DNA of 64,000 nucleotides. Origin: an uncultured Candidatus Rokubacteria bacterium. Its GTDB lineage: Bacteria > Methylomirabilota > Methylomirabilia > Rokubacteriales > CSP1-6. Shown here one piece after another: positions 10,686 through 21,393 of the stretch (its first letter is position 1; the number at the start of each line of letters is the position of its first letter). The stretch is from assembly GCA_963758635.1 (NCBI GenBank), contig CAVWWD010000003.1, forward strand, positions 640,001 to 704,000, written 5' to 3'. Under the pieces are notes generated by a model. The model worked only from the letters and a program-made list of their open reading frames with translations. It did no database searches and had not been told where the DNA came from. The position numbers were made by a program, and so were the translations under genes.

Positions 10686-11179
10686 CGAGCGGGGCGTCCC
10701 CCGCGCTGCCGCCACGCCTGCACGTTCGCCTCGATCTGGCGGCTGTGGCCCTCCAGGTGGTCGGCGTAGATGCGGAGCCAGTCGACCATCCCGTAGGCGC
10801 CCGACTCGGTGTGACGCCCCGTGCGGCCCCAGGCCGACTCGGGGAGACCGCGCAATAACGGCACCGTGCTGGCCCGCACGGCGGTCACCGTGGCGAGGGC
10901 GAGCTCGATGGACTGCGCGTGGTAGTCGAGGTCCCGGGCCCAGCGGTCCTGGTCGTAGCCGACGATCACCGGCTCGGGATCGGTGAGGAGCGTCCGGACC
11001 CGGCTGTAGGAGGCGGTCTCGCTGTCCGAGCAGTGCACCACGACCTCGTGCGCCGACCACTCGCCGGCCGCCCGCCGCCAGGTGAGCGCCTCCGCCGGCA
11101 CGGTGGCGAGCGCGGCGCGCAGGCGCGCCGGTCCCTGCGCGTACTGGTCGATGAGCCGGCCGCGCTCCGCCGGGGTCAT
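10643..11179 (-). CDS. DinB/YfiT family protein
   Basis: WSAHEVVVH, YDQDRWA, HLEGHSRQI. Confidence 0.8.
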   Translation of the reverse strand: MTPAERGRLIDQYAQGPARLRAALATVPAEALTWRRAAGEWSAHEVVVHCSDSETASYSRVRTLLTDPEPVIVGYDQDRWARDLDYHAQSIELALATVTAVRASTVPLLRGLPESAWGRTGRHTESGAYGMVDWLRIYADHLEGHSRQIEANVQAWRQRGGRPAREPRASDQCRALGL

Positions 11180-12112
11180 TGCGCGCGAGCCCGGCCTCGC
11201 GCAGGGCGAGGCGGATGCGGTCGCGCTCGTCGTCGGACACCGGGGTCAGCGGCGGCCGCACGTGCGCGGCGGGGATGCGACCGAGGATGGCGAGGGCCTC
11301 CTTCATGCGGTTGTGCATGTCCACGAACGGCGGCGCGTAGAAGACGGCTACCAGCGGCGCCAGCCGCTCGTTGACGGCGCTGCGCTCGCGCGAGGTCGCC
11401 CGCGGCCACCGCGGCGAAGAGCTCGGCCTGCAGGTCGGCGGCCACGCTGCCCATGCCGGAGATGCAGCCGTCGGCGCCCAGCAGGAAGCTCGGCCATCAG
11501 CGACATGGTGAACGAGGAGAGCATCGCCACCGGGCGCCCCGACGCGCGGAGCGCGCGGAGGTTCCGCTCGTACGCCACGATGTCGTTGGACCAGTCCTTG
11601 ACCGCGACCACCGACGGGATCTTGCAGAGCGCGGCGAGCGTCTCGGGGCTGTAGCCGATGCCCGAGGCCGGCGGGTACTCGAACACGATCGAGCGGCAGG
11701 TCCACCCCGTCGGCGAGGGTCGAGAAGTGCCGCAGCACCATGTCCGGCTTCACCTGCGCGCCCCACATGAAGACGGTGGGCGGGAACACGAGGAGCCCGG
11801 CCGCGCCGCCGCGTCCTGGGCGTCGCGCGCGAGCGCCACCGCCTCCTGCGTGCCGTCGGCGTACACGCCGGCGATCACCGGCACCTTGCCCGCGACCTCG
11901 TCCAGCGCGATGGCCAGCGCGCGGCGGCGCTCGTCGCGCGACAGCGACGAGACCTCGGCGGCGTGGCCGTTGGCCACGATGCCGGTGACGCCGCGCGTGT
12001 CGGCGAGCCACCGGAGGTGCGCGCGGTACGCCGGCTCGTCGATCTCGAGATCGGCGCGGAACGGGAGGAGGTTGGCGGGCATGCAGCCGGAGAAGCGGAG
12101 CTCGCTCGTCAT
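11176..12112 (-). CDS. Dihydrodipicolinate synthase (DapA/NAL) family protein, frameshifted
   Basis: LLPFRADLEIDE, NGHAAE, VIAGV, VAVKDWS (Schiff-base Lys), VRPPL. Confidence 0.8.
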
Positions 12113-12170
12113 GGGGTCCTCCGGAGGAGTGCGGGACCTGTTCCACCGCGTGGGGCAACGTCGTGGTCGC

Positions 12171-12828
12171 TCAGGCTCGGGCCAGCTCGTCGGCCACGTC
12201 GCGGGCGGAGACGCACCCGGGCGTAGGCGCGCGCGAGCAGGTCCAGCACGGCGCGCTGGATCTCGGGCCAGAGCGTCGCCACCGCGTCCTCGACCACGGT
12301 GATCCGGTACTCGCGGTTGAAGCCGCCGATGACGGTGGCGAGCACGCAGATGTCGGTCATGGTGCCGGCGACCACCAGCGACGTGACGCCCAGGGCGCGG
12401 AGAGCGCCGTCCAGCACGGTGCCGTTGAACGCGTCGTAGTAGTGCTTGCGCACGACCAGCTCGTCCGGCCGCGGCTTGAGGTCGGCGATGGTGTCGGCGC
12501 TCTCGTCGCCCTCCAGGCACGAGGACGACGGACGCCCGTGTCCGGTGACGGCGCCGGCCTCGGCGCGGCGGTGCTCGGGATGGAGGCGCCGACCAGGAGG
12601 GGGGCCAGCTCGCGAGTACACGAACTCGGTGAAGACCACGGGCAGGCCCTGGCCGCGGAAGAGCGTCAGCAGGTCCTGGATGCGCGGGACGATGTCGCGG
12701 GCGGGCGGGACTTCCATCGCCTGGCCTGGCTCGACGAAGCCGCGCTGCATGTCGATGACGAGGAGCGCGGCGTGGCGGAGGTCGAGGGCGGCGGGGCTGG
12801 GGCGGTCACGGGCGCGGCTGATGGTCAC
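12171..12828 (-). CDS. Cysteine hydrolase / isochorismatase family, frameshift near 3' end
   Basis: LLVIDMQRGF, KHYYDAF, GTMTDICV. Confidence 0.82.
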
Positions 12829-12879
12829 TGCGTTGGCTCAGGTCTGGCTGGTCGCGGGCGGCCTCGCTGGTCTTCGGTT

Positions 12880-12929
12880 GTTTCCACTGCATTTCCATAT
12901 CCGCTCAGCTCGCCTTCGGCTCGCTTCGC
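12880..12929. repeat. ~50-bp dispersed intergenic repeat, copy A
   Basis: 42/50 identical to 37399-37448. Confidence 0.7.
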
Positions 12930-12930
12930 A

Positions 12931-13311
12931 CTACCACGCCGCCACGGAGAACGCGTTGGGGATGTGGCGGATGGCTTTGACGCCGCCTTCGTCGTTGACG
13001 ATCACGGCGACCACGTCGAAGCGGCACGGCTGCTCGCGGAGGCGCTTGAGCTTGAGGTAGCCATGGGCCAGCTTGCCGAGCCGGTTCTGCTTGCGCGTGT
13101 TCACGCCGGCCTGCGGCGGGTCGCCGATCAGGTCCTTGCGCGTCTTGACCTCGACGAAGACGAGGGTCTTGCCTTCCTTGGCGACGAGGTCGATCTCGCC
13201 GGCGCGCGTCCGCACGTTCTTGTCCAGGATCGAGTAGCCGCAGCGCGCGAGGAAGCGCGCGGCTTCGTCTTCCCCCTTGACGCCGATGACTCTGCGACCG
13301 TCGGTGGGCAC
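12931..13311 (-). CDS. yraN: YraN family protein
   Basis: GEIDLVA, LVFVEVKTR, RFDVVAV. Confidence 0.9.
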   Translation of the reverse strand: MPTDGRRVIGVKGEDEAARFLARCGYSILDKNVRTRAGEIDLVAKEGKTLVFVEVKTRKDLIGDPPQAGVNTRKQNRLGKLAHGYLKLKRLREQPCRFDVVAVIVNDEGGVKAIRHIPNAFSVAAW

Positions 13312-13316
13312 TCTCT

Positions 13317-13772
13317 TCACTCCTTTACGAGGACGAGATCGAACGTCGCCTCGGTCTGGCCGGCCCTCGGGTAGAGCTGGGTCGTGAGAGGCCGGTGTCC
13401 TGCCGCGGCGATCTTGAAATGAACGTGCGACGGCCGCCCTCCGTAGGGCGGCGGGAAATGGGTCTCGAAGCGGTAGCCGCCGCCGTCGCCGGCGACGAGC
13501 GAGCCACGATGGGCGTCGTCGTACGTGCCCTGAGGATTCGCCTGCCACCACTCGACGCGGGCGCCGGGCAGGGGAGCGCAGGACCCGGCGGACTTGACCG
13601 TTCCACGGATGACGAAGCCGGTGCCCGTGGCCTCCCGGCGCGGCGCGCCGGGCTTGTAGAACGGGCCCTCCATGTCGCTCCGGGTGGGTGCGCAGCCCGC
13701 CTGGCCCATCGCGGAGCCCCAGAGAGCGAGCCCCAGCGCCAGCCCCGTGACCGTCACGACCGTCGCCTTCAT
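13317..13772 (-). CDS. Exported intradiol ring-cleavage dioxygenase-like protein
   Basis: Signal peptide; EGPFY, WQANPQGTY, PPPY, RPSHVH. Confidence 0.8.
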   Translation of the reverse strand: MKATVVTVTGLALGLALWGSAMGQAGCAPTRSDMEGPFYKPGAPRREATGTGFVIRGTVKSAGSCAPLPGARVEWWQANPQGTYDDAHRGSLVAGDGGGYRFETHFPPPYGGRPSHVHFKIAAAGHRPLTTQLYPRAGQTEATFDLVLVKE

Positions 13773-13777
13773 CGTCC

Positions 13778-14410
13778 TCAGTCTTCGTCCTCGCTCACGA
13801 ACAGATCGCCCTGCGCCCACACCCCGCTGAAGCTCCTCCTGTGCAGGGGGCAGGGACCGTGACGCCACAGCGCCAGCCGGTGCTCCTCGGTGCCGTAGCC
13901 CTTGTGACGAGCGAACCCGTACTCCGGATACAGCCTGTCCGCCTCCGCCATGAGCCGGTCGCGGGTCACCTTGGCCACGATCGAGGCCGCCGCGACCGTC
14001 GCCGAGCGCCTGTCCCCGCCGACCAGGTTCCGCTGGGGGGTCGAGAGCCCCGCCAGCTCCACGAAGTCGGTTAGCACCAGCTCGGGGACCCGCGCGAGCG
14101 CGGCCAGGGCCTGACGCATCGCCTCCCGCGTGGCCTCGAGGATGTTGATCCGGTCGATCGTCTCCGGATCCGCGATCCCCACGCCCACCGCGATCGCCCG
14201 TTGCGTGATCACCCCGTAGAGCCGCTCCCGCTCCTCCGGCAGGAGGAGCTTCGAGTCGTCCACCCCCCGGATCACGGCCCGGGGATCCACGATCACCGCC
14301 GCCGCCACCACGGGTCCGGCGAGCGGACCCCGTCCCGCCTCATCGACCCCGGCGATCAGGGTGACGCCGCTCCGCCACGCCGCGCGCTCGAAGCGATACG
14401 GAGCGGCCGT
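13778..14410 (-). CDS. rnhB: Ribonuclease HII (start uncertain)
   Basis: GVDEAGRGPLAGPV (upstream of ORF-track start), DDSK, AAASIVAKVTRD, HKGYGT. Confidence 0.92.
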   Translation of the reverse strand, partial: TAAPYRFERAAWRSGVTLIAGVDEAGRGPLAGPVVAAAVIVDPRAVIRGVDDSKLLLPEERERLYGVITQRAIAVGVGIADPETIDRINILEATREAMRQALAALARVPELVLTDFVELAGLSTPQRNLVGGDRRSATVAAASIVAKVTRDRLMAEADRLYPEYGFARHKGYGTEEHRLALWRHGPCPLHRRSFSGVWAQGDLFVSEDED

Positions 14411-14420
14411 GACCGGCCTC

Positions 14421-14798
14421 CTACTCGCCCTGCTCGCTCGCGCCAGGCACCTGGGTCAGGCGCTTCTCCTTCAAGCGCGCGGCCTTGCCGGCCAGCCCGC
14501 GCAGGTAGTACAGCTTCGACCGGCGCACGATCGCCCGCTTCAGCAGCTGGACCCGCTCGATGCGGGGTGAATGCAGGGGGAACGTGCGCTCCACGCCCAC
14601 GCCGTACGAGATGCGCCGCACCGTGAACGAGGCGCCGGTGCCGCCGCCGCGCTTGCGGATGACCACGCCCTCGAAGGCCTGCAGCCGCTCCTTCTCGCCC
14701 TCGATGACCTTGACCGAGACCTTCACGGTGTCACCCGGGACGAAGCTGCCCCGGTCCTTCCGGATGTGACCCGCCTCCACCACCTTGATCGCTTCCAT
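14421..14798 (-). CDS. rplS: 50S ribosomal protein L19
   Basis: [29 protein letters not shown]. Confidence 0.97.
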   Translation of the reverse strand: MEAIKVVEAGHIRKDRGSFVPGDTVKVSVKVIEGEKERLQAFEGVVIRKRGGGTGASFTVRRISYGVGVERTFPLHSPRIERVQLLKRAIVRRSKLYYLRGLAGKAARLKEKRLTQVPGASEQGE

Positions 14799-14819
14799 GA
14801 CTCTCCCCCGGGTGCTCCG

Positions 14820-15605
14820 TTACGTGACGTAGTCGTCCGGCCGCCGGCCGTGCCGGAAGCCGTCCAGCCACTTCTGCTCCTCGGGCGACAGATCGGCCGT
14901 CTCGAGGAGATCCGGCCGACGCTCCCATGTTCGCCACACCGCCATGACACGCCGCCAGCGGTCCACGCGGGCGTGGTCGCCCGACACCAGGGTCCCCGGC
15001 ACCGCGCGACCGCGCCACACGTCGGGGCGCGTGTACTGCGGTTGCTCGAGGAGCCCCCGCGCGAACGAGTCGCGCTCCGGCGCCTCCGCCTGTCCCAGCA
15101 CGCCCGGACGAAGCCGCGTCACCGCGTCCGCGATGACCAGCGCGCCGAGCTCGCCCCCCGTCAGCACGTAGTCGCCGATCGACAGCTCGCCGTCCATCAG
15201 CTCGCGGGCTCGCTCGTCCACGCCCTCGTACCGACCGCACACCAGCACCAGGTGCGGGCACCGGGCCAGCTCCCGCGCCACCGCCTGCGTGAAGCGGCGG
15301 CCCGCCGGATCGAGCAGGAACACCCGCGTCCCCTCGGTCCGCAGCGACTCGATGCTCGCCGCCAGCGGCTCCGGCTTGAGGATCATCCCGCCCCCACCCC
15401 CGAACGGGGCGTCGTCGGTGACCTGGTGCCGCCCCGTCGCCGCGTCCCGGAGGTTCCACACCCGGATCTGCACCAGCCCGCGCGCCTGGGCTCGCGCGAG
15501 GATCGACTCCCGCAGCGGGCCGTCGAACATGCCCGGGAACAGCGTGACGATGTCGATGCGCGCGGGCGCCGCGCCCGCCGACTCCTCACCATCCGCGCTC
15601 GTCAC
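14820..15605 (-). CDS. trmD: tRNA (guanine-N1)-methyltransferase
   Basis: TLFPGMF, CGRYEGVDER, SIGDYVLTGGE. Confidence 0.96.
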   Translation of the reverse strand: MTSADGEESAGAAPARIDIVTLFPGMFDGPLRESILARAQARGLVQIRVWNLRDAATGRHQVTDDAPFGGGGGMILKPEPLAASIESLRTEGTRVFLLDPAGRRFTQAVARELARCPHLVLVCGRYEGVDERARELMDGELSIGDYVLTGGELGALVIADAVTRLRPGVLGQAEAPERDSFARGLLEQPQYTRPDVWRGRAVPGTLVSGDHARVDRWRRVMAVWRTWERRPDLLETADLSPEEQKWLDGFRHGRRPDDYVT

Positions 15606-16126
15606 AGCTCCAGCAACCCCTCGGGCGGATCGATCACGATCCGGCGATCCGCCACGCTCACGTCCACGACGATCTCCGGCACCGCGGGAACGAGACGCTC
15701 CCGGTCCCCGTCCACCACCACCCAGAGGGCCTGCCCCTCCGAGCCTTCGACGCGGACGAACCGGCCCACGACGCGACCCGTGGTCGTCACGACCTCGGCC
15801 CCCTCGAGCTGCCAGGGGTAGAAGTGCCCGGGCTCCGGGGGCAGGACGGACTCACGCTCGATCGCGAGCAACCGGCCCTGGAGCTGCCGCGCCTCCTCGG
15901 GGGACTCGACGCCCTCGAAGCGCACGAAGACGGCGTCACGCTCGACCCGGTAGCCGGCGATGCGGCGCCGCTCGATCCGGTCCGTCCGCCGGTCCACCAT
16001 GAAGCACTCCGGCAGGGCGGCGAACCGCTCGTGCGGACGATCCGTCAACGGCCGCACCTTTAGCTCTCCCCGAAGGCCGTAGGGCCGCAGCACCTCACCC
16101 ACCGCCACGAGAGATCCCGTCGACAT
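15602..16126 (-). CDS. rimM: Ribosome maturation factor RimM
   Basis: VGEVLRPYGLRGELKV, DPPEGLL; position between rpsP and trmD. Confidence 0.92.
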   Translation of the reverse strand: MSTGSLVAVGEVLRPYGLRGELKVRPLTDRPHERFAALPECFMVDRRTDRIERRRIAGYRVERDAVFVRFEGVESPEEARQLQGRLLAIERESVLPPEPGHFYPWQLEGAEVVTTTGRVVGRFVRVEGSEGQALWVVVDGDRERLVPAVPEIVVDVSVADRRIVIDPPEGLLEL

Positions 16127-16179
16127 CTCCGTCCTCGCGAGACGCGCGGCCGCAGGGACGGGTCCGGCCGCGCCCTCCG

Positions 16180-16428
16180 TCAGCTCTTGGGCTGGCCCGC
16201 GCGCAACAGGAGCACGCGCACCGTGTTGCTGGGCTGGGCGCCCTTCTTGATCCACGCCGCCGCCTTTTCCGTCTCGATCTTGATTGTGGGCGGGTTGGTC
16301 AGCGGGTCGTAGTGCCCGATGATCTCGAGGAACCGCCCATCGCGCGCACAGCGGGAATCCGCCACCACCACGCGGTAGGCGGGCCGCTTCGTCGTGCCCG
16401 TTCGTCGCAGCCGGATGTGTACCGCCAC
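16180..16428 (-). CDS. rpsP: 30S ribosomal protein S16
   Basis: [24 protein letters not shown]. Confidence 0.96.
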   Translation of the reverse strand: MAVHIRLRRTGTTKRPAYRVVVADSRCARDGRFLEIIGHYDPLTNPPTIKIETEKAAAWIKKGAQPSNTVRVLLLRAGQPKS

Positions 16429-16451
16429 TGGTCACCTCGCTCTGGTTGTCG

Positions 16452-17795
<1,344 letters not shown>

Positions 17796-17834
17796 AAGTA
17801 GTCCTCGAGACGCAGGGGCTTCTCGAGAGGCTAG

Positions 17835-17864
17835 AGGATATTCTCGAGCAGGCTGAAAAGTCAA
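17835..17864 (-). promoter_or_regulatory. Candidate sigma-70 promoter for ffh
   Basis: TTGACT-N18-TATCCT on minus strand. Confidence 0.45.
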
Positions 17865-17866
17865 GC

Positions 17867-18523
17867 CTATTTCGCTACTTCCGCAGCACTCCTGAGGTCC
17901 CTGACCGCCTGGGCCGGATCCGGCGCCCCGAAGACGGCCGATCCGGCGACCAGCACGTCCGCGCCCGCCCGGACCAGGGCCTCCACTCTCGACTTGCCAA
18001 CTCCCCCATCGACGGAGATCTCGATCGGGCGGGGACCCAGCAAAGACCTTATCTGACGGATCTTTACCACGGACGACGGGATGAACGACTGGCCGCCGAA
18101 CCCGGGGTTCACGGACATGACCAGGACCAGGTCGATGTCGTCCAGGACGTACTCGATGGCCGAGGGGGGCGTCCCTGGGTTGAGGGCGACGCCGGCCCGA
18201 GCGCCGAGCTCGCGGATCTGGGCCAGGCACCGCTGCAGGTGGCGGGCGGCCTCGACGTGAACGGTCAGGACGTTGGCGCCGGCCCGGACGTAGGTCTCCA
18301 CCCAGCGATCGGGTTCGTCGATCATCAGGTGAACGTCGAGCGGGATCCGGGTCCGCTTGCGAATGGACTCGATCACGGGCGGGCCGATCGTCAGGTTCGG
18401 GACGAAGTGGCCGTCCATCACGTCCACGTGGAGCCGGTCCGGTTGCCCGGCCTCGACGCGGGCGATCGCCTCTCCGAGCGCCGCGAAGTCCGCCGAGAGG
18501 ATGCTCGGAGCGATGAGGGTCAC
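17867..18523 (-). CDS. rpe: Ribulose-phosphate 3-epimerase
   Basis: IAPSILSADF, HVDVMDGHFVPN, MSVNPGFGGQ. Confidence 0.96.
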   Translation of the reverse strand: MTLIAPSILSADFAALGEAIARVEAGQPDRLHVDVMDGHFVPNLTIGPPVIESIRKRTRIPLDVHLMIDEPDRWVETYVRAGANVLTVHVEAARHLQRCLAQIRELGARAGVALNPGTPPSAIEYVLDDIDLVLVMSVNPGFGGQSFIPSSVVKIRQIRSLLGPRPIEISVDGGVGKSRVEALVRAGADVLVAGSAVFGAPDPAQAVRDLRSAAEVAK

Positions 18524-18679
18524 GGCAGGACCTTACTCTAGCGGGCGATCGGCTGCAAACGCGCCCGCGCGAGCGCGGCGCGCGACACGTGCCCCGCCTG
18601 ACGGAACCACCGGCGATGACGCTCCGGATCGTGCCGCCGCGCTCGTACAGGATCAGCGGATGCGGACTGACGGGGCCGG

Positions 18680-20029
18680 TCAGAGCCGGCGCAGGCGGAT
18701 GGCGGTGAACCCGTCGGTGCCGTGGCGGTGCGGCAGCAGGCGCACGACGCCGGAGGCGTCGGGCGCGACGTCCGCGGCCTCCGGCACGTCGATGCGCCAG
18801 TCGGGATGCGCGGCGAGGAACGGGCCGAAGACCTCCTCGTTCTCCTCCGGCTCCAGCGAGCACGTCGCGTAGACCAGCGTGCCACCGGGTCTCGCCGTCG
18901 TCGCCGCGGCCTCCAGGATGCTCCGCTGGCGCGACTGGAGCTGGCGAAGGTCGTCCTCCGTCCGGCGCCACTTCACCTCGGGGTTGCGGCGCAGCACGCC
19001 CAGGTTCGAGCAGGGCGCGTCGACGAGGACGCGGTCGAAGCGGCCGGGCCAGTGGGCGGCGTGGGCGGCCACGGTGCCCACGCGCGCCTCGACGATGGTG
19101 ATCCCGAGGCGGGTCGCGGCGCGCTCGAGCAGGGTGAGCCGCGCCGCCTGGGGATCGACGGCGACGATGCCCCCGCGGTTGTCCATCATCTGGGCGAGGT
19201 GGGTGGCCTTGGTGCCGGGCGCCGCGCACGCGTCCAGGACCTGCTCGCCGGGGCGCGCTCCGACGAGGCGCGCCACGATCATCGACGCCTCGTCCTGCAC
19301 CGCGAAGTCGCCGTCCGCGAACGCCCGCCACGACCCGACGGCGCCCCGCTTGAGGACGAGCGCCTCGGGCACCAGCGTCGACGGGCGGATCTCGGCCAGC
19401 TCCTCCTGCACCAGGCGCGCGGACAGCGCCTCACGCGTCACCCGGAGCGTGTTCGCGCGGAGGGCGACGGGCGGCCGCTCGTTCATCGCGGCCATCAGGG
19501 CGTGGGCCTCCTCGCGGCCGTAGCGCGCGATCCAGCGCGCGGCGATCCAGTCGGGAAACGACCAGCGGAGCCCGGCGGCCTCCACCTCCGACGCGGGCAG
19601 CGGCGGGGCGCCCGGCGCGCGGGTGAGCGAGCGAAGCACGGCGTTCACGAACTCCGCGGGGCCCCGGGTCCGCGACTTCAGGCGTGCGAGGCTCACCGCC
19701 TCGTCCACCGCGGCCCAGCGCGGCACACGGTCGAGGAACAGCACCTGGTACACGGTGAGCCGAAGGACGGCACGCACCCAGGGATCCAGCTTGGCCATGG
19801 GGCGCCGGAGGTACGGCGCGAGGCGCCAGTCGAGGTGCCGCTGCCAGCGCAGCGTGCCGTAGACGATCTCCGTGCACAGCGCCGCGTCGCGTGGCGGCAG
19901 CCGGGCGCGGTCGAGCGCGTGCTCGAGCACGATGCCGGAGAACGCGCGGTCGGTCTCGACGCGGACGAGGATCTGGAGGGCCTCGAAGCGGGCCTGGGAA
20001 ACGGGGCCCGCGCGAAGCGCTTCCGTCAC
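18680..20029 (-). CDS. rsmB: 16S rRNA m5C967 methyltransferase RsmB/Sun
   Basis: NusB-like N-terminus, [19 protein letters not shown]. Confidence 0.93.
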   Translation of the reverse strand: MTEALRAGPVSQARFEALQILVRVETDRAFSGIVLEHALDRARLPPRDAALCTEIVYGTLRWQRHLDWRLAPYLRRPMAKLDPWVRAVLRLTVYQVLFLDRVPRWAAVDEAVSLARLKSRTRGPAEFVNAVLRSLTRAPGAPPLPASEVEAAGLRWSFPDWIAARWIARYGREEAHALMAAMNERPPVALRANTLRVTREALSARLVQEELAEIRPSTLVPEALVLKRGAVGSWRAFADGDFAVQDEASMIVARLVGARPGEQVLDACAAPGTKATHLAQMMDNRGGIVAVDPQAARLTLLERAATRLGITIVEARVGTVAAHAAHWPGRFDRVLVDAPCSNLGVLRRNPEVKWRRTEDDLRQLQSRQRSILEAAATTARPGGTLVYATCSLEPEENEEVFGPFLAAHPDWRIDVPEAADVAPDASGVVRLLPHRHGTDGFTAIRLRRL

Positions 20030-20247
20030 GAAGGGCTCGAGCCCTCCATCTTCTTGCGCAGGCTGAGCGGCCGCATGTCCGTCCAGACCTCCTTGATATA
20101 GGCGAGGCATTCCGCCTTGAGCCCGGACTTCCCGGCGTCCCGCCAGCCCGGCGCGTTGTCCCGATCGGCGGGCCAGATCGAGTACTGCTCCTCGTGGTTC
20201 ACGACCACCTTGTAGATCGTGCTGTCCTCGTCGTCGTCCTTGGCCAT
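20026..20247 (-). CDS. mbtH: MbtH-like protein
   Basis: [13 protein letters not shown]...PGW...[17 protein letters not shown]; three conserved Trp; AAGGAG RBS. Confidence 0.93.
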   Translation of the reverse strand: MAKDDDEDSTIYKVVVNHEEQYSIWPADRDNAPGWRDAGKSGLKAECLAYIKEVWTDMRPLSLRKKMEGSSPS

Positions 20248-20260
20248 CTGTCGCTCCTTT

Positions 20261-20446
20261 TGGGGCGCGGGCGCCCGGGCTTGCGCCCGCCCGCGCCTGC
20301 GGCTCGCTTCACTCGGTTCGGTCTGGGGCGCGGGCGCCCGGGCTTGCGCCCGCCCGCGCCTGCGGCTCGCTTCACTCGGTTCGGTCTGGGGCGCGGGCGC
20401 CCGGGCTTGCGCCCGCCCGCGCCTGCGGCTCGGTTCGCTCGGTTCG
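20261..20446. repeat. 3 x 63-bp tandem repeat, each unit with a REP-like hairpin
   Basis: Units start at 20261, 20324, 20387; GGCGCGGGC...GCCCGCGCC stem. Confidence 0.92.
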
Positions 20447-20456
20447 TCCGTCCCGG

Positions 20457-21389
20457 TTACGCGGCTATCTCCGTGAGCCGGCTGCCCGGCCCGAGGCGCG
20501 CGCCGCGGAGATAGTCCGCCCAGCTCATGCTCGCGCGGTTGTCCGGCTGCACCTCGACGGGCAGCAGGAGGCCGTCGCCCGTGGCCACGGCCAGCGCGCC
20601 CGCCCCGCACGCCTGGAGCGTGCCGGGGTGGCCCGTAACGGGCTCGTCCACCACCGTCGCGCGCCACAGGACCAGGCGGCCCGCCGGCGCCGCCACCGCG
20701 GCGCCTGGCCACGGGTTCAACCCGCGGACGCGATTGGCGAGCGCGCGGGCGGGCTCGCCGAGCCGCAGCCAGCCGTCCTCCTTGCGCAGCCGTGGCGCCA
20801 GCGTGGCGAGGCTCGCGTCCTGGGGTGTGGGGACGAGCGAGCCGAGGCGCTCGAGCGTCCGGTCGAGCACGGCGGCGCCGACGTGCGAGAGACGGATGGA
20901 TAGCGCACCCGCCGTCTCGTCGGGCGCGATGGCCACGCGCTCCTGCAGGAGCATGTCGCCCGTGTCCATGCCGGGATCCATCTGGAACGTCGTGATCCCC
21001 GTCTCGGTCTCGCCCCGGATGATACCCCACGCGATCGGAGCGGCCCCGCGGTAGCGCGGCAGGACCGACGCGTGGACGTTGATCGACCCGCGTCGCGGCA
21101 CGTCGAGGATGGCCTTGGGCAGGATCTGGCCGAACGCCACGACCACCGCGACCTCCGCGTCGAACCGGGCGAGCTCCTCGGGCCACCCGGGATCGCGCAG
21201 TCGGACGGGCTGGAGCACGGGGAGCTCGGCCGCCACCGCCCGGCGCTTCACCGCGGAGACGGCCAGGCGCTGGCCGCGCCCGGCGGGCCGGTCGGGCTGA
21301 GTGACCACCGCCACGACCTCGTGGCGGCCGAGGAGCGTCTCCAGGGTCGGCACGGCGAACTCCGGGGTTCCGTAGAAGAGGACCCGCAC
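20457..21389 (-). CDS. fmt: Methionyl-tRNA formyltransferase
   Basis: [33 protein letters not shown]; follows def. Confidence 0.95.
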   Translation of the reverse strand: MRVLFYGTPEFAVPTLETLLGRHEVVAVVTQPDRPAGRGQRLAVSAVKRRAVAAELPVLQPVRLRDPGWPEELARFDAEVAVVVAFGQILPKAILDVPRRGSINVHASVLPRYRGAAPIAWGIIRGETETGITTFQMDPGMDTGDMLLQERVAIAPDETAGALSIRLSHVGAAVLDRTLERLGSLVPTPQDASLATLAPRLRKEDGWLRLGEPARALANRVRGLNPWPGAAVAAPAGRLVLWRATVVDEPVTGHPGTLQACGAGALAVATGDGLLLPVEVQPDNRASMSWADYLRGARLGPGSRLTEIAA

Positions 21390-21393
21390 ACTC

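Noticed and set aside
7905..12250. Many frameshifts (binding protein, aminotransferase, DapA-like, isochorismatase; also 342-895, coaBC, DUF1116, rsmE) as pseudogenes or programmed frameshifting
   Set aside because: Indels fall in GC-rich stretches, hit normally essential coaBC, come without in-frame stops or slippery motifs, and cluster regionally; most likely long-read errors
20261..20446. 63-bp periodic palindromic repeats as a CRISPR array
   Set aside because: The intervening sequences are identical rather than unique spacers
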